64,000 nucleotides of DNA from a virus (lineage: Duplodnaviria; Caudoviricetes), in IMG/VR virus record IMGVR_UViG_3300015615_000196, positions 256,001-320,000 of that record; one strand, 5' to 3'. The notes under the pieces are model-generated. The model had not been told where the DNA came from. It made no database searches and saw only the letters and a list, made by a program, of their open reading frames with translations. This document shows, piece by piece, positions 1 through 10,336 of the stretch; the first letter of the stretch is position 1; every line of letters starts with the position of its first letter. Made by a program: the position numbers and the translations under genes.

Positions 1-2
1 AG

Positions 3-3000
3 GCAATTCCGGGTAAGGATGCGCTTGTAGAATATCAAAACAAAGCATATCCCGCAAAATCATACGTGGAAAGGGATGGTTTGGTTTACAAGTCGTTGAC
101 CGGAACATCAACCACATTCCTAAGTACACAATGGGAATTAATCGCTGACTTACGTGAAGTAAGAGTTGCAAATATCAAGGATCGTAATGCCTTGACTGGC
201 TATACAGCCACTACTGGTACAACAGGTATTCGTATTCCAATTCTGGATAATACCAATGTACTTGTGTTAAATGCTGCTGGCGATCCGCAAGTTGGGGTTA
301 ATAATTTTGCTCGTTACAATTATAATCAAACAACTACAAGCTGGCTTCTATTGCAAGTTGGCACTGGTGCAACAAATTCGAATGTAAATAACTATCAATT
401 ACTTACAAATAAACCTGCTGTTGTCAGTGGAGTCACTGTCACGGCTGGTAATGGTTTAACTGGTGGAGGAAGTGTGTTCGGTACAGCATCTGCGCCCTAT
501 GCTGCTGGTGGTACAATTAATGTTTCACATGCTGACACATCTTCGCAAGGAAATATCGTAGGTTCAGGATATGCATATATTCAAACCTTACGTTTCGATA
601 CTTTTGGCCACGTAACCGGAGCAACTTCAAGTACATGGGTTCATCCAACTGGATTAACACAAAATTTTTCAAACACAGGATACACGTACATTCAAAGTGT
701 TCAAGTTAACAACGGACACGTTACAAGTGTAAGTCCTTCAACATGGGTTCACCCGGATACCTCAACACAGGCCAATTCAGTAAACTCTGGAAATGTTTTC
801 ATTCAAAGCATTTATGTTGATGGTGCTGGTCACGTAACAAATATCACAACTGGTACGGCTGGTGGTGGAGGTGGTGGTGGATCACCACTTAAAGTTAATG
901 GTGATAGTGGTGGTTTGATTACCATGAATAGTGGTGGTACGTTAACCATTTCAGGTGGAACAAACATTGCAACTGTAAGAACAGGTAACGTAAACAATAC
1001 AGGCATAAGAATAAACCTTAATCCGGCAGGTACAACAAATCAAGTACAATACAATAGTGGTTCTGGCTTGGGTGCAAGTGCAAACTTTGTATTCAGTGCT
1101 GGCACAAGCACGTTGAGATCAAGTAACTACGTAGTAGGTTCAACGCCAACATCTGGTACTACATCAGATCAAATACTTACAAGAAATTCTGGAAGTGGTG
1201 CTGTACAAAGATTAAGTATCAATACAGTTTTAGCACAATTAGCGGTAAACAATGGTCTTACCAAGAGTTTTAACAATGTTAGATTAGGTGGAACACTCAC
1301 TGGTAACACATCAATTGCCGGAGCATTTGGTCTTAATCTTACGGCTGGTTATTTAACTGTAGGTGCACGATCAGGTAGTACTGGAACGAATTCATTAAGT
1401 ATTGGTCAAGGCAATTTAGTTAGTGGGCAATATAGTGCATCATTTGGTGCATCTAATAAAGCTACTGGTCAATATGCCATAAGTTCAGGGGCAAATTCAG
1501 AAGCGACTGGTGATCAGAGTTCAGCATTTGGTTGGGGAGCAATTGCATCCGGTATGGGCGCACATGCATCTGGCTTCGGTAATGGTGTTGGTAAAGGAGT
1601 GCTTGCACAAGGAAACTTCTCATTTAATCATTCATTTAATCACAACGTAAATCAAACTGCTGGTCATGGTGCACTTGCAGACGCATCAGCAATTCTTGGT
1701 GGTCGTGATCATAATATTGATGCAACAAATACAAATGCAGCAATTGTTGGTGGTGACACAATTAAATTACCTGCTGGTTATGGTAACTTTACTGCCGTAG
1801 GTAATCTCGCAATTTGGACAGCACCTGCAACAAATAACACGGACGATCTTCTTGTATATAATGCAACAACGAAGAAAATTGAGAAAACAACCAGAGCATC
1901 TATTGTGGGTGGTGGTACACCGCCAGCAGGATCGAATACACAGGTTCAATTTAATAATAGTGGTGCGTTTGGTGCATCTGCTAATCTAACGTTCACAACT
2001 GGCACAAATACTTTGTTGTCAACAAACATTAATGTTGGTACAACACTTACCTTAGCATCTAACCCTGCATCTGGTACAACAGGAGACCAAATACTTACAA
2101 GAAATTCTGGTACTGGTATCGTACAAAGATTATCATTAAGTGCAATTGCTGGACTTCCATTAAATGCAATACAATATAGAACTGTTACCGGATTCGGTGG
2201 TGACGCAAATTGGATTTTTGATCCAACAAATGATGCGATCACTTTAGGTACAAGAGCGGGTGGTACTGTGGGATTAAACAGTGCAACATTTGGTACAAGC
2301 AATCTTGCTTCTGGTGCAACATCTTTTGTTGTTGGTACAAGTTCAATTGCTGGCGCAAATGCGATTGCAATGGGTGTGTCGGTCACAGCAACGGGTCAAT
2401 ATTCGTCTGCATTTGGTCAACAAACTGTTGCAAGCGGACAATATTCATTTGCAGAAGGTGTTGGTAGTGTCGCTTCCGGTGGATTTGGTTCACATGCAGA
2501 AGGTACAAGAACAACTGCAAGTGGTAATGCTGCTCACGCAGGTGGTTATGGACAAAATGCAACATTAACACTTCTCGCATCTGGCTTTGCTGCATTCAAT
2601 CACTCACAGACAACGCCATCACAAACAACTGGTCATGGTGCATTAGCAAACGGATCAGCAATTCTTGGTGGACAAGATCATAACATTGCAGTTGGTAATA
2701 CTAATGCGGCAATTATTGGTGGCACAGCAATTAAGTTAACTGGCACAACATACATTGATCATACAGCAGTTGCAAATTTAGCAATCATGTCAACGCCTGT
2801 AACTGGTATTGCTGCGGATGATGTTCTTGTAAGAAGTTCGACAACAGGCAGAATCAGAACAGTAACTCAAGCATCATTAAGTGGTGGTGGAGGTGGTTCA
2901 CCGGGTGGTGCAAATACGCAAATCCAATATAACAATTCAGGCGCATTTGGGGGTTCGGCTGAATTAACATTTGTGCCGGGAGTTCTTAGAACACCTGTTG

Positions 3001-4799
3001 GTATTAGACTTTCAGATAATGCCACTGCTGGTAATAGAATGCTTATTGCAGAAAGCAGTACATTGGGTAATGCATTTAGAATTTACAATAGAGTAGGTAG
3101 TGTTCTTATATCTGGTGGTACAAGTACAACTGCAACACAAGCATATCCTGTAACAATTCAGGGGGGGACAAACACATCAACAGGTCAACAAGGTAATGTA
3201 GTTATTCAAGGTGGTGGTGTGTTTTTTAGCACAACATCGCAAGGTGGGGATGTTCAAATTCAAGGTGGCCCAACAAACAGTGCATCACAAGCAGGTAATG
3301 TTAGCATAAACGGTGGTAGTAATACAAGCACAGGTGCAAATGGTAACGTAAATATTACTGGTGCTGGTGGTACAGGACAAGGTGGTTCGGTCAACCTTAG
3401 TGCAGGTCAAGCATCATCGGGTAATCCGGGGATTATTTCAATCAATGCTGGTAATTCAGCAGGATCAAATGCAATTCAAGCTGGTCGTGTTGATATTAAT
3501 GGTGGTATTGCTTTCAGTACAGCAGCAAAAGGTGGTAATGTCAACATTAAGGGTGGTGCAAATGTATCGACAAATATTTCTGGTGATGTAAATATCACTG
3601 GTGGACAAACTAATGGTTCAGGTGCGGCAGGATATGTGAATATTCGTGCTGGTGAAAACAGCAGTTCAGTTGCAAAAGGAGTGGTACGAATTGTTGGTGG
3701 TGATTCGAGTACAAACGCCTATGGTCTTATCATCAGTGGCGAATCAAATACTGGTACTGGACAAGCTGGATCAGTTGTGCTTCAAGCTGGAACGTATACA
3801 AGCACATCATCAACTGGTGGTTATGTAAAATTATTTGGAGGTGGAACACCAACAAGTAAAGTTGTTATTGGAGGTGGAAATACTGCTTCTGGACAAGTGG
3901 GACACGTTATTATCAGTGGAGGTACAAGTTTTAGTAACGGTGCTGGTGGTAATGTAAACGTATTTGGCGGTTATAACGCTAATGCTACAGGTAATGGTGG
4001 TAACGCAAATATAACTGGTGGTACTGCTATTGGTAACGGTGTTGGTGGTAATGTGAATATTACAGCAGGTGCAACTAATTCTTCTGCATCACATAATGGT
4101 GGTAATGTAAACATCACTGGTGGTAGAACGCTTGGATCGGGTACTGGACAAGGCGGTAACGTAGTTATTCAAGGTGGACAAGGTAATTTTTTACACGGTA
4201 ATACGACAATTAAAGGTGTTGATGCTGCTACAAGTGTAAGTGCAAGTCATGTTTTTATTAATGGTGGTGGTAATTCAGGTGTTGCTGGTGTTGCTGCTGG
4301 TAATGTTATTGTCTCAGGTGGTCAAAATACTTCTGGCACGGGGCCGGGAACTGTCACTATAAATGGTGGTAGTTCAAATAACACAATTGGTGGTTTTGTT
4401 ACAATTCAAGGTGGTCAAACTACATCAGCAACCGCAGTTAAAGCAGGAGCAGTTAATATTATTGGTGGTACTTCATCAACATCACAAGCATCTGGTGGTA
4501 ATGTAGTAGTTCAAGGTGGTGGTAGAAACGTTGTTGGTACAAATACTAATGGTGATGTGACAATAAATGGTGGTGGTACTTTATTTGGTGACACTGCCGT
4601 AGGGAATGTTTATATCAACAATCAGAAATTTTCAGTTGTGCTTGGTGCAACTAATGGTAATGGTGTAATGCACATTGGTCACGCTTCAATTCTTCCATCC
4701 GCAGGGCCATCAAGTGGTGCAATCATATATTTCGATGGTACGTCAGGTAATTTGAAGGTTTGGAAAGCAGGTGCAGGTGCACCAGTTACATTAGCATAA
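3..4799 (+). CDS. Giant virion fibre/adhesin-like structural protein (5'-truncated by window edge)
   Basis: Frame is open from base 3 (AIPGKDALVEYQNKAY...), so the true start is upstream. Very G/T/S/N-rich. Contains repeated PAGxNTQ(V/I)Q(Y/F)N..G.FG.S modules, two YadA-head-like ASG..S.A.G blocks and a long C-terminal GGNV(N/V)I(T/Q)GG repeat array. Confidence 0.75.
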   Translation, partial: AIPGKDALVEYQNKAYPAKSYVERDGLVYKSLTGTSTTFLSTQWELIADLREVRVANIKDRNALTGYTATTGTTGIRIPILDNTNVLVLNAAGDPQVGVNNFARYNYNQTTTSWLLLQVGTGATNSNVNNYQLLTNKPAVVSGVTVTAGNGLTGGGSVFGTASAPYAAGGTINVSHADTSSQGNIVGSGYAYIQTLRFDTFGHVTGATSSTWVHPTGLTQNFSNTGYTYIQSVQVNNGHVTSVSPSTWVHPDTSTQANSVNSGNVFIQSIYVDGAGHVTNITTGTAGGGGGGGSPLKVNGDSGGLITMNSGGTLTISGGTNIATVRTGNVNNTGIRINLNPAGTTNQVQYNSGSGLGASANFVFSAGTSTLRSSNYVVGSTPTSGTTSDQILTRNSGSGAVQRLSINTVLAQLAVNNGLTKSFNNVRLGGTLTGNTSIAGAFGLNLTAGYLTVGARSGSTGTNSLSIGQGNLVSGQYSASFGASNKATGQYAISSGANSEATGDQSSAFGWGAIASGMGAHASGFGNGVGKGVLAQGNFSFNHSFNHNVNQTAGHGALADASAILGGRDHNIDATNTNAAIVGGDTIKLPAGYGNFTAVGNLAIWTAPATNNTDDLLVYNATTKKIEKTTRASIVGGGTPPAGSNTQVQFNNSGAFGASANLTFTTGTNTLLSTNINVGTTLTLASNPASGTTGDQILTRNSGTGIVQRLSLSAIAGLPLNAIQYRTVTGFGGDANWIFDPTNDAITLGTRAGGTVGLNSATFGTSNLASGATSFVVGTSSIAGANAIAMGVSVTATGQYSSAFGQQTVASGQYSFAEGVGSVASGGFGSHAEGTRTTASGNAAHAGGYGQNATLTLLASGFAAFNHSQTTPSQTTGHGALANGSAILGGQDHNIAVGNTNAAIIGGTAIKLTGTTYIDHTAVANLAIMSTPVTGIAADDVLVRSSTTGRIRTVTQASLSGGGGGSPGGANTQIQYNNSGAFGGSAELTFVPGVLRTPVGIRLSDNATAGNRMLIAESSTLGNAFRIYNRVGSVLISGGTSTTATQAYPVTIQGGTNTSTGQQGNVVIQGGGVFFSTTSQGGDVQIQGGPTNSASQAGNVSINGGSNTSTGANGNVNITGAGGTGQGGSVNLSAGQASSGNPGIISINAGNSAGSNAIQAGRVDINGGIAFSTAAKGGNVNIKGGANVSTNISGDVNITGGQTNGSGAAGYVNIRAGENSSSVAKGVVRIVGGDSSTNAYGLIISGESNTGTGQAGSVVLQAGTYTSTSSTGGYVKLFGGGTPTSKVVIGGGNTASGQVGHVIISGGTSFSNGAGGNVNVFGGYNANATGNGGNANITGGTAIGNGVGGNVNITAGATNSSASHNGGNVNITGGRTLGSGTGQGGNVVIQGGQGNFLHGNTTIKGVDAATSVSASHVFINGGGNSGVAGVAAGNVIVSGGQNTSGTGPGTVTINGGSSNNTIGGFVTIQGGQTTSATAVKAGAVNIIGGTSSTSQASGGNVVVQGGGRNVVGTNTNGDVTINGGGTLFGDTAVGNVYINNQKFSVVLGATNGNGVMHIGHASILPSAGPSSGAIIYFDGTSGNLKVWKAGAGAPVTLA

Positions 4800-4811
4800 C
4801 AATAAAAAACC

Positions 4812-5786
4812 ATGAGTAAGAAAAAAACTAAGGTTAACAAAAGAGGTCTCATTATTTCTGGTGGTGGTGCATTTGGTGCATACGGAGTTGGTACGCTTGC
4901 TGCATTGAACAAAGATTACGATGTGGTTGCAGGAATATCAACAGGTGCACTCATGGCCCCTCTTGTCTCATTAAAAAAATGGGATGTGTTAAAAGAGGCA
5001 TATACCTCTGTGACTGACAAAAAGATTTTTGATAAAAAATGGTATCGTCCACATGTCTTCACCAAGAAGGGTAGCTTAAACGTGTTCTCTGTTTTGTATG
5101 TGTTGATTAATCGTATTTTTGGAAGAAGTAATGCGACCAATACTCTTGCAACTACTCATAACATGAGAAATTTGATTGAAACATTTGTAACAACTGAGGA
5201 TTACGATACAATTAAGAATAGCAATAGAGAAGTTGTGGTTGCAGCAGTTAACATTAACGAAGTTCCAGCAGCCGTGCATTATTTTTCAAGCGATAACGAA
5301 ACATTTGGTGACTTCAAAGATTGGATGTGGGCATCTGCAAATGCTCCATTTGTTACAACTCTTCTTGAGAAGAAGTGGTTTGACGAAGAAGATCAAAAAG
5401 AATACATGGGAGAGTGGACTGATGGTGGCTTAACTGAGATTGCACCATTTGATTACGTACTTCAAAAGGGAATTAAAGAAGTTGACATCATCATGCATCG
5501 TGCAAAGCCACTTAAAGTAAAGGAACAAAAACTTTGTGAAGACTTTCTTGAAAATATTGAACGTGGTATTGCAGCAATGCGATATGACATTGAATTTGAG
5601 AATGGGAAACTTGAAGAAAAACTTGCAAATTTTGCAACAGAAAATGACGTAAAAATTACTGTTTACTGGTTACCTCGAAGATTAGCAGACAATAGTTTAG
5701 TTTTCGACAAGCAGACAATGCTTGACTGGTATGAAGAAGGATTTAAAACTGCCAAAGACGAAAATCGTATAGAAATTTTCGAATAA
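4812..5786 (+). CDS. Patatin-like phospholipase
   Basis: SGGGAFG oxyanion loop, GISTG nucleophile motif, DGG catalytic Asp motif. Confidence 0.9.
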   Translation: MSKKKTKVNKRGLIISGGGAFGAYGVGTLAALNKDYDVVAGISTGALMAPLVSLKKWDVLKEAYTSVTDKKIFDKKWYRPHVFTKKGSLNVFSVLYVLINRIFGRSNATNTLATTHNMRNLIETFVTTEDYDTIKNSNREVVVAAVNINEVPAAVHYFSSDNETFGDFKDWMWASANAPFVTTLLEKKWFDEEDQKEYMGEWTDGGLTEIAPFDYVLQKGIKEVDIIMHRAKPLKVKEQKLCEDFLENIERGIAAMRYDIEFENGKLEEKLANFATENDVKITVYWLPRRLADNSLVFDKQTMLDWYEEGFKTAKDENRIEIFE

Positions 5787-5825
5787 AAAATCTGCGCAAA
5801 CAATATCGAAAACCCTGATTCAGAG

Positions 5826-5856
5826 TAAAACCCTGATCATCAGGGCTTTTTTATTT
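5826..5856 (+). terminator. Probable intrinsic terminator
   Basis: CCCTGA-TCA-TCAGGG hairpin followed by a T-run downstream of the patatin gene. Confidence 0.6.
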
Positions 5857-5919
5857 TCGAGAATTCTATTTATCTTTACGTTTATCTTGTAGAGAGATAA
5901 TTTTACAAACTGAATAACT

Positions 5920-6729
5920 ATGAAAAAAACAATCATTTTGACAGGTTTGTTATTGATTTGTTCTTTGATTTCAGATGTTTTCGTACAATCAAGTGCGAAA
6001 GGAAGCGTGACGCAGCGTTCACAAGCTGCAATTGCGCTGGAATCAAAGCCCAAATTTGATTTCAAGCCGAAACAAGAGTTGATTGACTCTGCATTACTCA
6101 AAACAATTTCACTTCCGTTGGATGTGAACTACGTTGAGAAAGTAGACATCAAGATTCTTTACAGAAATGTAAAAGGAACAGTCTATCATGCCGAAGAAAG
6201 CCAGTGCGATAACACGCCACTGATCACAGCAGATAATTCGTTAATTGATACTGCGCATGTGAATGACCTTAGATGGGTAGCTTTAAGTCGTGATTTACTG
6301 AACCGAAAATTCACTGATCCATACGGAAGAAAACATGTATGGGCGGGGAAAATTAAATTAGGGGACACAATTTGGGTAGACTATGACAACAAAGCCCTAT
6401 GGAAACTAACCCATGAACGCCAAAATCCAAAAGACACTGTTGCAGTAAAACGTAACGATGCACGATATGAGAAACTAAAAACAAAATACGAGCAGATCAG
6501 AGGATATTGGATAGTACACGATGTGATGGGTACACAGTACATTAAGCGAACACGAGACGGTAGATTGATACCAGATAAAGATGGAAAGCCACAAACGGTT
6601 TACATCCATACTGCAATCGACTTTCTCCAACATCCCGAACTTGGTATGATGGACGTTTGGGATCGGCACATAATCATCGCGAACAGAAAGGTCACAAAAA
6701 TAACCTTACCCGTAGTAGCAATGAACTAA
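5920..6729 (+). CDS. Secreted 3D-domain (DPBB) peptidoglycan-active protein
   Basis: N-terminal signal/anchor; TVYH..SQCDNTPLITAD, WVALSRDL, KLGDTIWV, WIVHDVM and AIDFL motifs typical of 3D domains. Confidence 0.65.
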   Translation: MKKTIILTGLLLICSLISDVFVQSSAKGSVTQRSQAAIALESKPKFDFKPKQELIDSALLKTISLPLDVNYVEKVDIKILYRNVKGTVYHAEESQCDNTPLITADNSLIDTAHVNDLRWVALSRDLLNRKFTDPYGRKHVWAGKIKLGDTIWVDYDNKALWKLTHERQNPKDTVAVKRNDARYEKLKTKYEQIRGYWIVHDVMGTQYIKRTRDGRLIPDKDGKPQTVYIHTAIDFLQHPELGMMDVWDRHIIIANRKVTKITLPVVAMN

Positions 6730-6731
6730 GG

Positions 6732-6980
6732 ATGACTCTACAAAAGATAAACGATAAACTGACACAAGGAATGGTTGCCGTTTTTACGGCAATCGTTCCT
6801 TTGTCTTTACTGACCATTGTGCTCCCGATATTGGGATACGTTGTGGCAGTATTGATTGTGCTACTTGGAATTAGTACAATCGTAAATTTTGTTCTCGGAT
6901 CATACTTGCTTTCTATCCAAATGGCCAAGATGATCGATCAAGTAATGAAGCAACATGAACAGCAACAAGGAAGAGCCTGA
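6732..6980 (+). CDS. Small membrane protein
   Basis: Two hydrophobic helices; ATG at 6732 directly after the upstream stop. Confidence 0.6.
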   Translation: MTLQKINDKLTQGMVAVFTAIVPLSLLTIVLPILGYVVAVLIVLLGISTIVNFVLGSYLLSIQMAKMIDQVMKQHEQQQGRA

Positions 6981-7320
6981 TTTTTTTCAATTGGTCGTTA
7001 ACTTGTTCAAGAAGAAAAAGCCAGTACCACCGCCACAACCTACAGTTGAAGAACTTGCAGAAGAAGCGAAGTGGATAAATACAAAAGCAAAATATTCACT
7101 TGAACATTTCCCAACGCATGGCATTTACTTGGTTCGTTATATGTTCAAAGACCAGTGGTGGTATTTGAGACGTTGGGATGAAGACTATACTCTTGAACGA
7201 GTGAAAGGCAATGCAATCAAAATTCCTGAGTCACCAAATTACGACAAGGATTTTGATTTCATAATCAAACTTCATCAGGAGTGGATTAACGAAGGACACG
7301 TATCGCTCAATTACGATTAA
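6955..7320 (+). CDS. Hypothetical protein
   Basis: ORF in tightly coupled operon. Confidence 0.6.
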   Translation: MNSNKEEPDFFQLVVNLFKKKKPVPPPQPTVEELAEEAKWINTKAKYSLEHFPTHGIYLVRYMFKDQWWYLRRWDEDYTLERVKGNAIKIPESPNYDKDFDFIIKLHQEWINEGHVSLNYD

Positions 7321-7634
7321 TGGATTTACGTTACGAAACCATCAAAGCAAGACTTTCCCTGCTTTCCGGGAGTGAGGTTCAGAGGATTCTGGACAACATA
7401 GATCAGGTCTGTTTCGATGAATTCAATTATGATGCCTCAGAAGGCAAATACTGCCCTCTGGCGATAGCTATGGATTTGCAGCACTTACCCCACCCTACGG
7501 ATTTGAAGGTTAAGGAGGCCATTTCTGTGCGTTTTACGCCTGTAAACGTAATCAAGGGTGTTCCGGGGCAATTCTACACCGATAATCGCAGGGAAGACCT
7601 CATTAATCTTTGTAAAGAAATCTTGGGAAGATAA
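7320..7634 (+). CDS. Hypothetical protein
   Basis: TAATG coupling to upstream gene. Confidence 0.6.
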   Translation: MDLRYETIKARLSLLSGSEVQRILDNIDQVCFDEFNYDASEGKYCPLAIAMDLQHLPHPTDLKVKEAISVRFTPVNVIKGVPGQFYTDNRREDLINLCKEILGR

Positions 7635-7635
7635 A

Positions 7636-7660
7636 AACCTTTTTGCTAATATTACGTATA
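7636..7660 (+). promoter_or_regulatory. ECF-sigma-like promoter AAC-N16-CGTATA
   Basis: AACCTTTTTGCTAATATTACGTATA; motif recurs 11 times in intergenic gaps. Confidence 0.75.
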
Positions 7661-7671
7661 ATTTCGTGACG

Positions 7672-8181
7672 ATGAATAAAAACTCAGTCGAAATTGAACG
7701 TAAATTTTTAGTGAAGTGGGAAGTTTTCAACGACCCAATTAATAGAAGCGAAGCAGCAGACGAATCCAGTGTAGGAACCAAGCCATCACCTACCATTCTC
7801 AAACTCACTCAAGGCTATCTCACAAAAAACAAATACGGTTCTGTTCGTATACGTATCGAAGATGACGGTACTTTGGCATTGGCGTATCTAATGTCGAAAA
7901 CCAGAGTCGATGACATGACGAACATTGAAACGGTTGATGAAATTTCAGTAGAGAACGCTGAAAAATTAATTAAGCAATTTTCGATCTCTGTAATTCGTAA
8001 GCACAGACATTTGATTTACGAACACGGCAAGAAATGGGAAGTCGATGTTTTCATTGAACCGAATGCGGGATTGGTCTTGGCTGAGATCGAACTCACATCG
8101 GCAGATGAAGTGATTATTTTACCGAAGTGGATTGACAGAGAAGTAACTGGCGAACCACAGTATTACAATGCTAACATGTAA
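7672..8181 (+). CDS. CYTH (triphosphate tunnel metalloenzyme) domain protein
   Basis: EIERKFLV N-terminal motif, QGYL, VRIRI, WEVDVF, LAEIEL, EVTGEPQYYNANM. Confidence 0.9.
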   Translation: MNKNSVEIERKFLVKWEVFNDPINRSEAADESSVGTKPSPTILKLTQGYLTKNKYGSVRIRIEDDGTLALAYLMSKTRVDDMTNIETVDEISVENAEKLIKQFSISVIRKHRHLIYEHGKKWEVDVFIEPNAGLVLAEIELTSADEVIILPKWIDREVTGEPQYYNANM

Positions 8182-8441
8182 TGGAAACGATTGACGAAAA
8201 ATTACTTGATTTTCTTTCCCAATCACCAGACAGCCAACTTGACAAGAGTGTTGCTGTTCGATGTGGTCAGATGAAAGGTAAGACGAAAGAGCAACAGATC
8301 GAAGAGTTGAGGAACATCATCGGAGACTGTATCAATGGCGCACTTGCTTCTACTTTCATGATGATCGTATTGCAGGAACAGTACAAGATATTGACTGGTG
8401 ATTATGTTCGTGGAGAGATTAGAGTTGAGAAGTTATCATGA
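8181..8441 (+). CDS. Hypothetical protein
   Basis: Coupled ORF. Confidence 0.55.
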   Translation: METIDEKLLDFLSQSPDSQLDKSVAVRCGQMKGKTKEQQIEELRNIIGDCINGALASTFMMIVLQEQYKILTGDYVRGEIRVEKLS

Positions 8442-8602
8442 GCAGAAAGGATCATTGCCAAGCCTGTACTTTCATGCTTCATGGAGTAAAAACAAGAAGG
8501 GCAATTCCACATACGTGTGGGAGAACGGCAGAACAATTAAGAGAACTTAAAAAAGAGTATGAAACTCGAACAAATAAGAGAAATATTAAAACCGGAAACT
8601 GA
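8438..8602 (+). CDS. Small putative Zn-binding protein (54 aa, not in ORF track)
   Basis: ATGA overlap with upstream stop; MSRKDHCQAC...HTC. Confidence 0.45.
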   Translation: MSRKDHCQACTFMLHGVKTRRAIPHTCGRTAEQLRELKKEYETRTNKRNIKTGN

Positions 8603-9113
8603 GTTAGAAAAGCGTATCGTAGCCGACCCCGATTTTGTGGTTGGTGCAGGATACGGTAAACCGAGACCCGGCCATCCAGAAGGACAAGTGGTGTATCACA
8701 TCAGAGAAGTCCTTGATAACGTAGATAAGTTTTCAACTGAGGAATTCAGAAAAGACCTTAGACTTATTGCGTTGATCCACGATACGTTTAAAAACAAAGT
8801 GGATAACACTAAGCCCAAAAGTGGTATGAATCATCATGCGATGATCGCCAGAAAATTTGCGGAGAAGTTTATACAGATACCAGAGTACGTTCTTGACATC
8901 ATCGAACTTCATGATGAAGCCTACAATGCGTGGCAACAAGGTGGACGAAAAGGAGATTGGTATCGAGCAGAAAAAAGAGCGCAGGATTTACTTGGTAAAC
9001 TTCAAACTGATCATCGGATTGATCTTTACATGAAGTTCTACAAGTGCGATAATCTTACAGGAGACAAGGAGCAAGAGAACTTCCAATGGTTCTTTGATTT
9101 TGTTTATGGATAA
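8559..9113 (+). CDS. HD-domain phosphohydrolase
   Basis: HPEG.V.YH, ALIHDTFK, HH, HD and terminal CD metal-binding motifs. Confidence 0.8.
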   Translation: MKLEQIREILKPETELEKRIVADPDFVVGAGYGKPRPGHPEGQVVYHIREVLDNVDKFSTEEFRKDLRLIALIHDTFKNKVDNTKPKSGMNHHAMIARKFAEKFIQIPEYVLDIIELHDEAYNAWQQGGRKGDWYRAEKRAQDLLGKLQTDHRIDLYMKFYKCDNLTGDKEQENFQWFFDFVYG

Positions 9114-9453
9114 GAAAAAAGGCGACAAGAACGAGCAAGGATCAACATACAAAGTTGATCTTGCTGAAATCAAAACAATCACTGCCGATGACGAGATCAT
9201 GAAGCAGTTTGATCGATTGAGCAGATACAAAGCATCCCACGAGAAGATGATTAACGAACATAATCGATTGATCAAAGTCCGTGAAGTGGCAGCAACAATT
9301 CCAGACGAGTATTTGCGCAATGTAAAAGTTGATAACTATCTCTCGGTGGATGACACCAGAAGATTGCTTGTTGTAGGATGCGAAACAGAAATAAAACATC
9401 TTGCTGTGGAACTGGACAAGATGACAAAACACTTTAAGCAAAACAATTTATGA
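9106..9453 (+). CDS. Hypothetical protein
   Basis: Coupled ORF. Confidence 0.55.
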   Translation: MDKKKGDKNEQGSTYKVDLAEIKTITADDEIMKQFDRLSRYKASHEKMINEHNRLIKVREVAATIPDEYLRNVKVDNYLSVDDTRRLLVVGCETEIKHLAVELDKMTKHFKQNNL

Positions 9454-9971
9454 GTTTTATAGTAGTGGACGTAGAAGCAGATGGGCCATATCCCGGAGAC
9501 TATTCAATGGTCTCTTTCGGGGCAGTGGTAGTTGAGCCTTCATTGTCCAAGACCTTCTATGGGGAGGTCAAACCGATTTCCAGTTTATGGAAGCCGGATG
9601 CTCTTGCAGTATCAAACATTACACGAGAGCAACATTTGAAATTTAATGATCCTCTGCATGTCATGCATGACTTTGCAGATTGGGCTGAAAAAGTATCAAA
9701 GGGACGACCAGTATTCGTCAGTGATAACGTGGCATTCGACTGGATGTTCATTTGCTATTACTTACACAAGTACGCAGGACGCAATCCATTTGGCTTTAGC
9801 GGACGCAGGATCGGAGACATGTACTGTGGACTGGTCAATGATGCTTATGCAAAATGGAAGCATTTGAGAAAGACATCACATACCCATCATCCAGTGGACG
9901 ATGCAAAGGGTAATGCCGAAGCATTGCTGCACATGAGAGAAAAGATGGGATTCAAAATCGACTTGAAATGA
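9450..9971 (+). CDS. DEDDh 3'-5' exonuclease (Rv2179c/RNase AS-like)
   Basis: VDVEADGP (ExoI), NVAFDWMF (ExoII), HHPVDDA (ExoIII). Confidence 0.85.
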   Translation: MSFIVVDVEADGPYPGDYSMVSFGAVVVEPSLSKTFYGEVKPISSLWKPDALAVSNITREQHLKFNDPLHVMHDFADWAEKVSKGRPVFVSDNVAFDWMFICYYLHKYAGRNPFGFSGRRIGDMYCGLVNDAYAKWKHLRKTSHTHHPVDDAKGNAEALLHMREKMGFKIDLK

Positions 9972-10261
9972 ATCTACTTCCATACGCTTACGCACTTCTC
10001 GTATTTGGAATAATTACATTCCTATTCTTTTTATTGGGCAGGATGTTTTTGAATGTTGAGACAATCTACGAATATGATTTTGAGGTGATCATTGAAGACA
10101 ATTCGGATTACGGAGTTGATCTTCAAAGATTCATCACTGAAAGAGGTAAGAGGGGATGGAAATATGAACGTTGTGAACGAATAAAAATCGAAAGAGCAAC
10201 GGCCAGCCTATTAATGTTGATTTTTGTAAAGACAAAAAATCGGATACGACTTTTCAGTTAA
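9968..10261 (+). CDS. Membrane-anchored hypothetical protein
   Basis: N-terminal TM helix. Confidence 0.55.
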   Translation: MNLLPYAYALLVFGIITFLFFLLGRMFLNVETIYEYDFEVIIEDNSDYGVDLQRFITERGKRGWKYERCERIKIERATASLLMLIFVKTKNRIRLFS

Positions 10262-10305
10262 TCTGTCGTATTTATTATTGTCATAAATAAAGTTGTGTTA
10301 AACGA

Positions 10306-10336
10306 AAGAGGTGATCCCGTAAGATCACCTTTTTTG
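10306..10336. terminator. Probable bidirectional intrinsic terminator
   Basis: AGGTGATC-CCGTAA-GATCACCT hairpin with T-run, between convergent genes. Confidence 0.7.

Noticed and set aside
66-68. GTG at 66 as the start of the fibre gene
   Set aside because: The frame is open back to the window edge, so the real start lies upstream.
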